Shown piece after piece: positions 9,366 through 18,447 of a DNA stretch of 64,000 nt (within the stretch, counting starts at the first letter, position 1; the number at the start of each line of letters is the position of its first letter). Under the pieces are notes generated by a model. The model saw only the letters and a list, made by a program, of their open reading frames with translations. It ran no database searches and had not been told where the DNA came from. Origin of the DNA: Myxococcota bacterium (GTDB lineage: Bacteria > Myxococcota_C > UBA6777); NCBI GenBank assembly GCA_023150835.1, contig JAKLKB010000010.1, forward strand, positions 1 through 64,000, read 5' to 3'. The position numbers and the translations under genes were made by a program.

Positions 9366-11363
9366 TTGGAAAAGCGTCGTTATTTGTTGACAGGTGGTGG
9401 AACAGGCGGCCACGTCTATCCAGCGATCGCTGTAGCGGATGAGTTGCGTCGTCGTGAACCCGAAGCTGGGTTTTTGTATGTGGGTGTCAAAGGCAAATCG
9501 GAAGAAAAGATCGTACCGAAGAGGGGTTATGAGATCCGCTTTGTGTCGAGCGAAGGATGGCCGGGAGCGCGTCCGAGCGTGGCGTTGTTGCGCTTTGCGT
9601 GGCGGTTAAGCGTCGGGATCTTGCAATCGATCCTGATCTTACGGCGTTATCAGCCTCATGCGATCATCGCGACGGGTGGGTATGTTTCGGCTCCGATCCT
9701 GTTGGCGTGGGTGTTGTTGCGACGATTGAAACTGACGCAGGCAAGGGCGTTTGTACACGAATCTAACTTGATGCCGGGGCGGCTCAATCTCTTGATCGGT
9801 AAGTTGGCGGATCGGACGGGGGTGAGCTTTGAAGAGAGCCGCCGTTATCTGCCTCAAGCAGAGTTTGTGGGATATCCCGTTCGCAAGGAGATGGTGGGGA
9901 TCACACAAGCAGAAGCGCGGGAGCGTTTGAAGATCCCGCTGGATGCGCGTGTTGTGTTGGCCTTTGGGGGGAGCCAAGGAGCGCGGACGATCAACCGTGC
10001 GCTAATCGACGCATTACCGCGCTTGCTCCAAGATCCGAAGGTTTGGGTCATTCATGGCGTGGGCCGTTTGGATAGCCCGTCGTATCGGGCAGAACACGAC
10101 ACCTTGTCTCGTTTTTCTGCGCTATCGCTTTCCGAAGAACAACGCAAACGTTATTCGATGCACACCTACCTCGATCCGATCGAAGAGTACTATGCTGCGG
10201 CGGATCTGGTCGTCGGTCGGGGCGGGGCGGGGACGTTGACGGAGATGGCGGTGTGTGGGCTTGCGGCGTTGATTATCCCCAAGGCCAACTTGCCGGGAGA
10301 TCATCAAGTGCGCAATGCACGAGCGCTCCAAGACGACGGTGCGGCGGATGTGGTGTATGAGCATGCCCAACGCACCGAAGAAGGCTTGATCGACGTGGTC
10401 AGTGGGGAAGATCTGGCTGTCGCGGTCGAGCGTTTGTTGCAAGATCCCGAACGGCTGGCCAAGATGCGCGAAGCGATCCGTCCGTTTGGAGATGTAAGCG
10501 CGCTCGGTCGGATCGCTGATCGCGTGCAAGAGTTGGCCGCAGGTCGGTTGCTGTCTCTTCCAGAACGCCCGATCCCGCGCAGTGATGGACCTGTGTTTGC
10601 GGAGATGAGCGGTGCGGGCTTGGTGGCGCATCTGAGCCGCAGCGGCTTAAAAGATATCCCACCACGAGAGATCGAATATCTGACGTATCGAGCCGATGGT
10701 TACTTGTCTTCAGAAGCATGGCAGATCCGCAACAACGGTGTCAAACTGGTCGGATTGCTCCAGCTTTCCGAGCATCTTGATTTGATCTTGTATATTCTTC
10801 AAGACAAGACACCCGCACCCCGATGGCAACGTTTGTTGGGGGGAGATCTTCGGCAGGTCGGCTTTATTCGGCGCAATGCCTTCCAAGTCTTGCGCCAACT
10901 CAATGTGTGGAATCTGCAAGTGCGGGAAGTGCTGTTGGCGGGTTTTCGCGATCCGTACTTTGAAGTGCGATCGAGCGCGGCCCAATCCGCGATCTTTTTC
11001 TCCGAACAGATCGGAGAAGATCCCGAGATCTTGGCAGCCTTGAAGGGACTGATGGTGGATCGCGATCTCGAAGTGGCTCGTGAAGGCATCTTGGCGATGG
11101 GTCATTTCGCCAAAGATCCTGCGATCTATCATGCTTTTCGTGCGCTTTACACACATCCCAACTGGCGTTTGCGCGAGGCTGTCGTGATCGCCTTGACGCG
11201 GCTTGTTGAGCGCGCAGTGATCGCGCCCGACGTGATCACTGCGGATCTTGATCAGTTTTTGTTGACGAGTATTGGTTTTGCGCCGCGCTTCCATCTGCGC
11301 GAGAAAATGCTTCATCTCTCCCAAACGCTACAGAAGGCCAAGCATGCTCTACCACCTCAGTGA
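9366..11363 (+). CDS. murG: MurG glycosyltransferase fused to a C-terminal HEAT-repeat region
   Basis: GGGTGGHVYP, GGYVS, HESN..PG, GGSQGA, GRGGAGT, HQVRNA motifs; ~270 extra C-terminal residues with D..EVR-type HEAT units; TTG start at 9366 after AAGGAG. Confidence 0.9.
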   Translation: MEKRRYLLTGGGTGGHVYPAIAVADELRRREPEAGFLYVGVKGKSEEKIVPKRGYEIRFVSSEGWPGARPSVALLRFAWRLSVGILQSILILRRYQPHAIIATGGYVSAPILLAWVLLRRLKLTQARAFVHESNLMPGRLNLLIGKLADRTGVSFEESRRYLPQAEFVGYPVRKEMVGITQAEARERLKIPLDARVVLAFGGSQGARTINRALIDALPRLLQDPKVWVIHGVGRLDSPSYRAEHDTLSRFSALSLSEEQRKRYSMHTYLDPIEEYYAAADLVVGRGGAGTLTEMAVCGLAALIIPKANLPGDHQVRNARALQDDGAADVVYEHAQRTEEGLIDVVSGEDLAVAVERLLQDPERLAKMREAIRPFGDVSALGRIADRVQELAAGRLLSLPERPIPRSDGPVFAEMSGAGLVAHLSRSGLKDIPPREIEYLTYRADGYLSSEAWQIRNNGVKLVGLLQLSEHLDLILYILQDKTPAPRWQRLLGGDLRQVGFIRRNAFQVLRQLNVWNLQVREVLLAGFRDPYFEVRSSAAQSAIFFSEQIGEDPEILAALKGLMVDRDLEVAREGILAMGHFAKDPAIYHAFRALYTHPNWRLREAVVIALTRLVERAVIAPDVITADLDQFLLTSIGFAPRFHLREKMLHLSQTLQKAKHALPPQ

Positions 11364-12726
11364 ATACCTCGTCCAAGCATTTACGGAGGCGGCAGGCCCC
11401 CTGCGCCTCGTGCGCTACAACTCGTTTCGTACCATCGTTGCGATGATTACGTCTTTTTTGATCACGATCCTGATCGGGCGCATGGTGATCAACTTCCTCT
11501 ACCGCCGAAAGATCCGCGATGTGGTGCGGGATTACAGCGTAATGTCGGTGGAAAGCAAAAAAGGCACCCCCACCATGGGCGGGGTCTTGATGATCCTCGC
11601 GATCTCCCTGTCCATCGCGTTGTGGGGCAACTTTCGCAGTCCTTTTTTGTACTACCTGTTGTTTGCGATGATCTGGTTCGCAGCGGTCGGTGGGATCGAT
11701 GATTACTTGAAGATCCGCAACCAAGACAGCGACGCAGGGCTTTCGCGCAAAGCCAAATACCTCGCACAGATCGGCTACGGCGTGATCTTTGGGATCTTGT
11801 TCTTGTACAACGGAACCACACCGCTTCCACATCCCGCCAAAAGCGCCTCTTGTCGCGTCAAGTCGTGGAAAACCAAAGAGTGCGATCGTCCCTGCAAAAC
11901 CAACGCAGAGTGCAAACAAAATACTTGTGGGATCAACGGTGCGATGTGCTTGGAAGGGCGTTGCTCGCCGCCGCCCGTGTGTTCGGGTGAACCCGACGCG
12001 ACGTCTTGTCGCAGCGATGATGCTTGTGTGGCGGCCTGTGGGGTGGGGGCCTATTGTCCGAAGAATTGGGAGTATCCCGTCCCGGGAAACAAAGTGATCG
12101 CCTTTCGTCCTTCCCAGCTTTACGTTCCGTTTTACAAGTACCCTGTGATGGATCTTTCTTGGCTCTACATCTTTGTGATCATCTTTATGATCGTCTATGC
12201 AGCCAACGCCGTCAATTTTGCCGATGGATTGGATGGTTTGGCGACTGGACCCACGATCTTTTCGTTTTTGGTGTTCGGGATCTATGCCTATTTTCTGGGG
12301 AACCTGTTGATTGCACGCTATCTTTGGTATCCCTTTTTGCCGGGTGCAGGTGAGGCCGCGGTGTTTTGTGGGGCGGTCGTGGGGGCGTTGGTGGGATTTT
12401 TGTGGTTCAACACCTACCCTGCGGAGATCTTCATGGGAGACACAGGCTCGATCACCTTGGGCGGTATCTTGGGGACGGTGATGGTGTTGTTAAAACAAGA
12501 GTTCTTGTTTTTTCTGTTGGGTGGTGTTTTCTTGGCCGAGTTGGTTTCGGTGGCGATCCAAGATTGGTTGGGGATACAAGTGTTGGGTCGTCGGATCTTT
12601 TACCGTGCGCCGATCCATCACACGTTCCAACATCGCGGACTCTCCGAACCCAAGATCGTGGTGCGTTTTTGGATCGTCTCGGGGATGTTGGCGTTGTTGG
12701 CACTCGCGGCTCTAAAACTCCGCTAA
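11344..12726 (+). CDS. mraY: Phospho-N-acetylmuramoyl-pentapeptide transferase with a Cys-rich insertion
   Basis: KKGTPTMGG, DDYLK, NAVNFADGLDGL, FMGDTGS, APIHH motifs; ATG at 11344 overlaps the end of murG. Confidence 0.95.
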   Translation: MLYHLSEYLVQAFTEAAGPLRLVRYNSFRTIVAMITSFLITILIGRMVINFLYRRKIRDVVRDYSVMSVESKKGTPTMGGVLMILAISLSIALWGNFRSPFLYYLLFAMIWFAAVGGIDDYLKIRNQDSDAGLSRKAKYLAQIGYGVIFGILFLYNGTTPLPHPAKSASCRVKSWKTKECDRPCKTNAECKQNTCGINGAMCLEGRCSPPPVCSGEPDATSCRSDDACVAACGVGAYCPKNWEYPVPGNKVIAFRPSQLYVPFYKYPVMDLSWLYIFVIIFMIVYAANAVNFADGLDGLATGPTIFSFLVFGIYAYFLGNLLIARYLWYPFLPGAGEAAVFCGAVVGALVGFLWFNTYPAEIFMGDTGSITLGGILGTVMVLLKQEFLFFLLGGVFLAELVSVAIQDWLGIQVLGRRIFYRAPIHHTFQHRGLSEPKIVVRFWIVSGMLALLALAALKLR

Positions 12727-12907
12727 CTCGGCCAAAAGCAGCGGCATCCTACGAAGCGTCTTGCTTTTCTTTCTGGTTTCGCCACATAACGCGGGCAGCG
12801 CTCCGTTTGGTTCTGCTCTTTTGGTTTCAGCTTGGAGTGCCTGTTGGGTTGGTGTGGTCTCTTGCTCGTCGACACTCGACTTCGCCGCACGATACGAAAG
12901 GAACGCG

Positions 12908-13795
12908 ATGCGTTTGCAACCTCCGCAAGTTTATATGGGTGGTCTTGGCATCTTGGTGGGTGGTACTGCCTTTGTGATGGTTGCGTTGCCACGCCTCGCA
13001 CAACTTTGGCAATCGTGGGCTCCCGCAACCTGTATGCCGCACGACTGCTTTTGTGAAGCCCTTCGCTTCGGGCAGATCATGCAGCCTGCCAATACATGGT
13101 CGAGTTTTGGATTTGTTTTTGTGGGGATGTGGATCTTTCACCGTCTTGATATCGAAGCCCAGCTACAATACCATCGTATCAAAAACACCTATCTTCGGGA
13201 GGATGTGGGGGATTGGGGACAATGGTCCTTGCCTCTAGGTAGTCCTCGTGTTGTGCAAAAAACCTTGCTCTCCTCCTCGTGGTTCGGGTTGATCTTGGGC
13301 CTCGCGGTGGGATGGGTGGGCTGGTTTAGTGCGGTGTATCACGCCACCATGCGTTTTGTCGGGCAATGGCTGGATATCGCGGCGATGTATCTGCTCGTGA
13401 CGTTTGTCTTGCTTTATGCCCTTGCGCGGGGGGGATGGCTGACGGGCAAAGGCTTTGCGATGGCCTATTTTTCGCTCAACGCAGGACTCGGCATCCTCCA
13501 AGCGCAATTCCCTCATGCTCGGCGTTCGATCTTTGGTCTACTGATCGTCTCTGCCTTGCTCGCCGAGATCTGGCAACGCCGCCAAAGCGTCTCTCGCATC
13601 GATCATTCGTGGATGATCGCTGCTTTGCTTTGCTTGCTCACAGCCTTTGGTGTGTGGTACGTCGATCTCCATAAGCTGCATTGTTCTCCATACTCTATCG
13701 TTCAGGGCCACGCGATCTGGCACTTGCTTTGTGCCGCCGCTGCCGCCTGCCTCGCTCGTTATTATCTCTCCGAAGATCACCCCCCTCATTCCTGA
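12908..13795 (+). CDS. Ceramidase-family (CREST superfamily) membrane protein
   Basis: FCE..QPANTWSS, SAVYHA...D and GHAIWHLL motifs; ~7-8 TM segments; start uncertain. Confidence 0.75.
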   Translation: MRLQPPQVYMGGLGILVGGTAFVMVALPRLAQLWQSWAPATCMPHDCFCEALRFGQIMQPANTWSSFGFVFVGMWIFHRLDIEAQLQYHRIKNTYLREDVGDWGQWSLPLGSPRVVQKTLLSSSWFGLILGLAVGWVGWFSAVYHATMRFVGQWLDIAAMYLLVTFVLLYALARGGWLTGKGFAMAYFSLNAGLGILQAQFPHARRSIFGLLIVSALLAEIWQRRQSVSRIDHSWMIAALLCLLTAFGVWYVDLHKLHCSPYSIVQGHAIWHLLCAAAAACLARYYLSEDHPPHS

Positions 13796-13804
13796 TCTGT
13801 TCCT

Positions 13805-14614
13805 TCAAAAATCGTAAACGATGCGGGTGCGGGTGGTTTTTTTGCGTTGAGAGCGGGTGCTGTAGGGAGTTTGTGTGTGGGTGTGGATGATGATCTTGGT
13901 TTGGATCTTTCGGGAGCCGGGGCGCGGGCCGGGGGAGACGGTGGTGATGCGTGTGGTGGTGGTGGTGAGGGTGGTGGGTACACCGTTTTGGGTTGTGCGT
14001 GTGATCTGGCGGGTGGTACGGCGTTGTTGGGTGCCGACTCGAAGCAGGAGCAAGGCTCTGTCTTCGTCGACAGAGAGTGCGCTTGGGGGGATTTTTGTTC
14101 CGAAATGACGGGTTGGTGGGCTTTTTTGGAGTTGCATAAAGATCTGCGTCCAGAGGTGGCGTCCTCGGCAGGGGATGTAGCCTGTGCCGAGATGGGTCAT
14201 GGAGGGGGTGAGGATATTTTGGCGATGGCCGGGGCTGTTCATCCACGAGTTCATCGCGTCGGTAGCGCTTGGGGAACCTGCGAAGATATTTTCGGCGCTT
14301 CCGAAGGATTCGAGACCTTGTTGAGCGATCCGTAGACTGATGCGGGCCATGCGAGGGGAAAATTTGTCTTGGCCTGCGGGGTCGTCATGAGAGAAAAAGC
14401 GGTGTCTGCACATCTTCTGGCTCCACTGCCGGGCATAACGCAGCAATATCGGGTGGCAGCGCAGGAGGGGGAGTTTGAAGCGTTTGCGGATCGTGTTGAC
14501 TTGTGCGAGGACATCGGCCTCTCCAGCGCGCATGACGCAAGGCGCAGCAGCGGCGGAAGTGGCGAGGGTGGAAAGGCATGACAGGAAAAACGTGAAAAAA
14601 AGAAGACGGTGCAT
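13805..14614 (-). CDS. Secreted CAP/SCP-domain protein
   Basis: Signal peptide; VN.IR, FFSH, AENI, WMNSPGHRQNIL, WTQIF motifs; Thr/Arg-rich tail. Confidence 0.9.
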   Translation of the reverse strand: MHRLLFFTFFLSCLSTLATSAAAAPCVMRAGEADVLAQVNTIRKRFKLPLLRCHPILLRYARQWSQKMCRHRFFSHDDPAGQDKFSPRMARISLRIAQQGLESFGSAENIFAGSPSATDAMNSWMNSPGHRQNILTPSMTHLGTGYIPCRGRHLWTQIFMQLQKSPPTRHFGTKIPPSALSVDEDRALLLLRVGTQQRRTTRQITRTTQNGVPTTLTTTTTRITTVSPGPRPGSRKIQTKIIIHTHTQTPYSTRSQRKKTTRTRIVYDF

Positions 14615-15128
14615 GCTGGATTCCTTTTCGGGTGATCGCCATCTCGGTTTTTCTGTGGGGTGTCATCCCATACGCGCCTTGTTAAGGCGGAAACACCGGA
14701 GAGTCAAGGAGGATCGCTCTTTCTTTTTGTCGGCCCCCCTTATTCCCCCCCGGTCAACGCTTACAGGGGTACAAAACGCGGGCATCATGCAGAGGATGCC
14801 GCAAAGAAGAGTCCACGGACAACGACCCACGGGAGTTGCGCTCTTCGCAAAGCACGGAAAGCACGGAAATGGCTGAAAGTATCGCGACGAGGTTTCTCTG
14901 TTCGCTCGGACTTTCTGCTGTCCTCCCCCTCGCGGCAGCAGCGAGGCATTGCGAGCGTCGCAGGGAGAGGGGAGGCCCTAAGGGCTAACACTCGGATACC
15001 TCGTCTGTAAAGCCCATAAGGGCGGGGGGTTTCTGGCACGGGCAGTTGTCGTCTCACCCCACAAGCATCGGGTGAAGAAAACAGACGGAAAGGTCATACC
15101 GACACGAAAAAGTCCGATGTTTAGGCGC

Positions 15129-15152
15129 GGGCGGTTCGCGAACCGCCCCTAC
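15129..15152 (-). repeat. GTAG-type REP
   Basis: gggcggttcgcgaaccgcccctac = reverse complement of GTAG plus a GC-rich palindrome. Confidence 0.75.
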
Positions 15153-15240
15153 AACGTGTTGATTCTTCACGCTTTGCCTTTTCCACTGCGTCATACCAAA
15201 TCCACATATCGCCTGCTCGTACAAAGCGATGAACATCCCC

Positions 15241-15440
15241 TCATACGAAATCCGCCTGTAGTGTGATCGTAAAAATGTAGGGGCAGCCCCCTGTGGCTGC
15301 CCAAGAATCGGGCGGTTTGCGAACCGCCCCTACGTCTTATCGTAAAAATGTAGGGGCAGCCCCCTGTGGCTGCCCAAGAATCGGGCGGTTTGCGAACCGT
15401 CCCTACGTCTTATGATCACACCATGAGCAGATTTCGTATA
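15241..15440. mobile_element. MITE-like element, family B, copy 1, enclosing a duplicated REP doublet
   Basis: Imperfect ~32-bp terminal inverted repeats (tcatacgaaatccgc..gtgtgatcgtaa / ttatgatcacac..gcagatttcgtataa); two 73-bp units each containing gtaggggcagccccctgtggctgccc and gggcggtttgcgaaccg.ccctac. Confidence 0.7.
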
Positions 15441-15489
15441 AGTCCTATCAGAGAAAAAGTCTTTTAGTCGATCAACGCTCGGCTCGTCT

Positions 15490-15741
15490 GAGCAGAAAGG
15501 CGATGAGCAGGATCGATGATCGGGGTGGGGCGAGCAGAAAGGCGATGAGCAGGATCGATGATCGGGGTGGGGCGAGCAGAAAGGCGATGTGCAGGATCGA
15601 TGATCGGGGTGGGGCGAGCAGAAAGGCGATGAGCAGGATCGATGATCGAGGTGGGGCGAGCAGAAAGGCGATGAGCAGGATCGATGATCGAGGTGGGGCG
15701 AGCAGAAAGGCGATGTGCAGGATCGATGATCGAGGTGGGGC
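15490..15741. repeat. Tandem array of 6 x 42 bp, no spacers
   Basis: Unit gagcagaaaggcgatg(a/t)gcaggatcgatgatcg(g/a)ggtggggc. Confidence 0.95.
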
Positions 15742-15750
15742 GAGCAGGAT

Positions 15751-15895
15751 AGGAGTGACGCGGTTGCCAAAAAAAGCCGTGTTCGCAAAACCTCAAGCGA
15801 GAGGGTTGCTGATTTGAAAAACAGGGATCGTTTCGCCCGTACAGGGTCAAGGGAGCGGTGCTCCCTTGTGGGGTGTGGGGCAACGCCCCACAAAA
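15751..15895 (-). repeat. Family A dispersed repeat, copy 2
   Basis: Minus strand ttttgtggggcgttgccccacaccccacaagggagcaccgctcccttgaccc...gaacacggctttttt, plus the caaccgcgtcactcc tail shared with copy 3. Confidence 0.85.
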
Positions 15896-15934
15896 GCGAC
15901 GAAACGAGCGATGAAGACGAAAAGAGGGGTTGTT

Positions 15935-18268
15935 TTATTTTTTGAGGAGGGAAGAAAAAGGATTGTTGGAGAACTTGCCGCTTTGGAAGTTTTTGGGATC
16001 GTTGGATCGTTGATCGGGGCGGGAGTTGCGGTCGTTTCGTTGTTTGGGTCGGTGTTGTTGTGGGTGTTTGTTGTCGGGGAGTTCGTCGGAGACGCTTTTG
16101 GCGCGGGGTGCGGAGTCGCCGGAGCGTGCGGAGAGGGCGATGCGTCGGCGAGGGATATCAACTTCGAGGACACGGACGGCGAGTTTTTGTCCGACTTGGA
16201 CGACATCATTGGGGTCTTTGACGAAGTGGTCGGAGAGTTCGGAGATATGGATCAGGCCGTCTTGGTGGACGCCGATGTCAACGAAGGCACCGAAGGCGGT
16301 GACGTTGGTGACGATGCCTTCGAGTTGCATGTTGGGGGTGAGGTCTTGGATATCGTTGACATCATCGCGGAAGTGTGGGGCTTCGAAGGTGGTGCGCGGG
16401 TCGCGACCGGGTTTTTTGAGTTCGTCGATGATATCGCGGAGGGTGGGTTCGCCGATATCGTCGCGGAGATAGCGTTTGATCTCGATTTTTTGGATGAGTG
16501 CGGTGTTGCCGATGAGAGTACGGACATCGACGCCAAGATCAGCGGCCATTTGTTCAACGAGGGGGTATCGTTCGGGGTGAACAGCGGAAGCATCGAGGGG
16601 ATGTTTGCTGCCACGAACGCGAAGGAAGCCAGCGGCTTGTTCAAAGGTTTTTGCGCCAAGGCCGGAGACTTTGAGGAGTGCCTTGCGCTCGGCAAAAGGG
16701 CCGTTTTGTTCGCGGTGTTTGACGATTTTTTTGGAGAGGGAGGGTCCGATGCCTGCGACATAAGCGAGCAGAGGGGCGCTGGCGGTATTGACTTCGACGC
16801 CGACTTGGTTGACGCAGCTTTCGACGACTTCATCGAGCTTTTTTTGGAGGAGGGGTTGGTAGACGTCGTGTTGGTATTGACCGACGCCGATGGACTTGGG
16901 ATCGACTTTGACGAGTTCTGCGAGGGGATCTTGGAGTCGTCGAGCGATGGAGATCGCGCCGCGAACGGTGAGATCGAGGTCAGGGAATTCTTCGCGTGCG
17001 ATATCGGAGGCGCTGTAGACGCTGGCTCCGGCTTCGTTGATCTGGACGAGGATGATATCGCGTAGTCCTTGGGCTTTGAGGAGTTTTTTGAGGAAGGCTT
17101 CGGTTTCGCGTCCACCCGTCCCGTTGCCGACGGCGATGGCATAGGGCGGATACTTGGTGAGGAAGGAAAGGAAGTCTCGGGCAGCGCGAGTTTCGTCGCC
17201 AGTAGCGAGATAAAATGTGGTGTTGTCGAGGAATTTGCCGGTTTGATCGACGGCAACGCATTTACAGCCTGTGCGTTGACCGGGGTCGATGCCGATGACG
17301 TTTTTTTCGCCGAGGGGAGAGGCGAGCAAGAGGTTGCGGAGGTTGTTGGCAAAGATATCGACGGCGTCGCGATCGGAGCGCATCTTGAGTTCGACGCGGA
17401 CGTCGGTTTCGACGCTTGGGGCGAGTAGGCGCTTGTAGGCGTCTTTGATGGCGAGGGCGAGTTGTTCGGCGAAGGGGGAGGAGGGGTTGTATTGGGCCTT
17501 GTATTGGAGATCGTGGAGCAGGGTTTCGGTGTCGAGTTCGAGGGAGGCGCGGAGAGCGCCTTCTTTTTCGCCGCGTTGGATGGCGAGGAAGCGGTGGGAG
17601 GGGATGGTTTTGAGGGGTTCTTTGAAGTCGTAGTATTGTTGGAACTTGCTGGTTTGTTCTTTGAATTCGGCGGTGGCTTCGGTGGCGAGGATGCCGTCGT
17701 TGAGGAAGCGTTCGCGGACAAGGGCGCGGATATCGGCGTCTTCGGAGAGGTTTTCGGCGACGATATCGCGAGCGCCGAGCAGGGCTTTGTCGGTGGAGGG
17801 GACCTCTTTGGCGGGATCGACAAAGGCGGCGGCTTCGGCTTCGGGGTCGCCTTGGTTGGGTTGTGCGAGGATGCGTTCGGCGAGGGGGGCGAGTCCGCGT
17901 TCGCGGGCGATGATCGCACGGGTGCGGCGTTTGGGTTTGAAGGGGAGGTAGAGATCTTCGAGTTCAGCTTTGTTGTGGACAGCGAGCAAACGGGCGCGGA
18001 GTTCGTCGGTGAGTTTGCCTTGTTCGGAGATGGAGGAGAGGATGGTTTGTCGGCGCTGTTCGAGTTCGACGAGATAGGCGTGGCGTTCTTGGATGGTGCG
18101 GATCTGGACTTCATCGAGGGATTGGGTGACTTCTTTGCGGTAGCGTGCGATGAAAGGGACGGTGTTTCCGTCTTCAAGGAGGCGGAGGGTGGCGAGGATG
18201 CTTGGGGCGGGGAGTTGAGTTTCGGCGACAAGAAGAGGAACGGGATCAAAAGCGTTGCGCTCAGTCAT
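15935..18268 (-). CDS. tex: Tex family RNA-binding transcriptional accessory protein
   Basis: GNTVPFIARYRKE, LEDLYLPFKPKRRT, GIDPG.RTGCK, IGVGQYQHDV motifs; C-terminal S1 domain (FGAFVDIGVHQDGLIHISE). Confidence 0.97.
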   Translation of the reverse strand: MTERNAFDPVPLLVAETQLPAPSILATLRLLEDGNTVPFIARYRKEVTQSLDEVQIRTIQERHAYLVELEQRRQTILSSISEQGKLTDELRARLLAVHNKAELEDLYLPFKPKRRTRAIIARERGLAPLAERILAQPNQGDPEAEAAAFVDPAKEVPSTDKALLGARDIVAENLSEDADIRALVRERFLNDGILATEATAEFKEQTSKFQQYYDFKEPLKTIPSHRFLAIQRGEKEGALRASLELDTETLLHDLQYKAQYNPSSPFAEQLALAIKDAYKRLLAPSVETDVRVELKMRSDRDAVDIFANNLRNLLLASPLGEKNVIGIDPGQRTGCKCVAVDQTGKFLDNTTFYLATGDETRAARDFLSFLTKYPPYAIAVGNGTGGRETEAFLKKLLKAQGLRDIILVQINEAGASVYSASDIAREEFPDLDLTVRGAISIARRLQDPLAELVKVDPKSIGVGQYQHDVYQPLLQKKLDEVVESCVNQVGVEVNTASAPLLAYVAGIGPSLSKKIVKHREQNGPFAERKALLKVSGLGAKTFEQAAGFLRVRGSKHPLDASAVHPERYPLVEQMAADLGVDVRTLIGNTALIQKIEIKRYLRDDIGEPTLRDIIDELKKPGRDPRTTFEAPHFRDDVNDIQDLTPNMQLEGIVTNVTAFGAFVDIGVHQDGLIHISELSDHFVKDPNDVVQVGQKLAVRVLEVDIPRRRIALSARSGDSAPRAKSVSDELPDNKHPQQHRPKQRNDRNSRPDQRSNDPKNFQSGKFSNNPFSSLLKK

Positions 18269-18447
18269 GCTCTTTGCTCTTTGTGTTGTGCTTGTTTCGA
18301 TGCTTGTCCGCCCCGAAGGACGGACGCTACAGTAGGGTATGCGGAAATTTCCATGCTCTTTCAGCCAGAAGGGAAGACATGATAAGGATCGAGGTGGTTT
18401 GAGCCGATAATTCGGGGGGACGGAGGTGCAATTGGAGGCGTGGGGGA

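Noticed and set aside
14890-14925. GAAAGTCCG on the minus strand, suggesting RNase P RNA
   Set aside because: The flanking conserved RNase P elements are missing
15490-15741. Possible CRISPR array
   Set aside because: Units are contiguous 42-mers with no unique spacers, and there are no cas genes in the window
15866-18382. Alternative-frame and antisense ORFs over tex (399, 665 and 306 aa)
   Set aside because: Shadows of a well-conserved gene with biased codon usage; Ser/Pro-rich low-information translations
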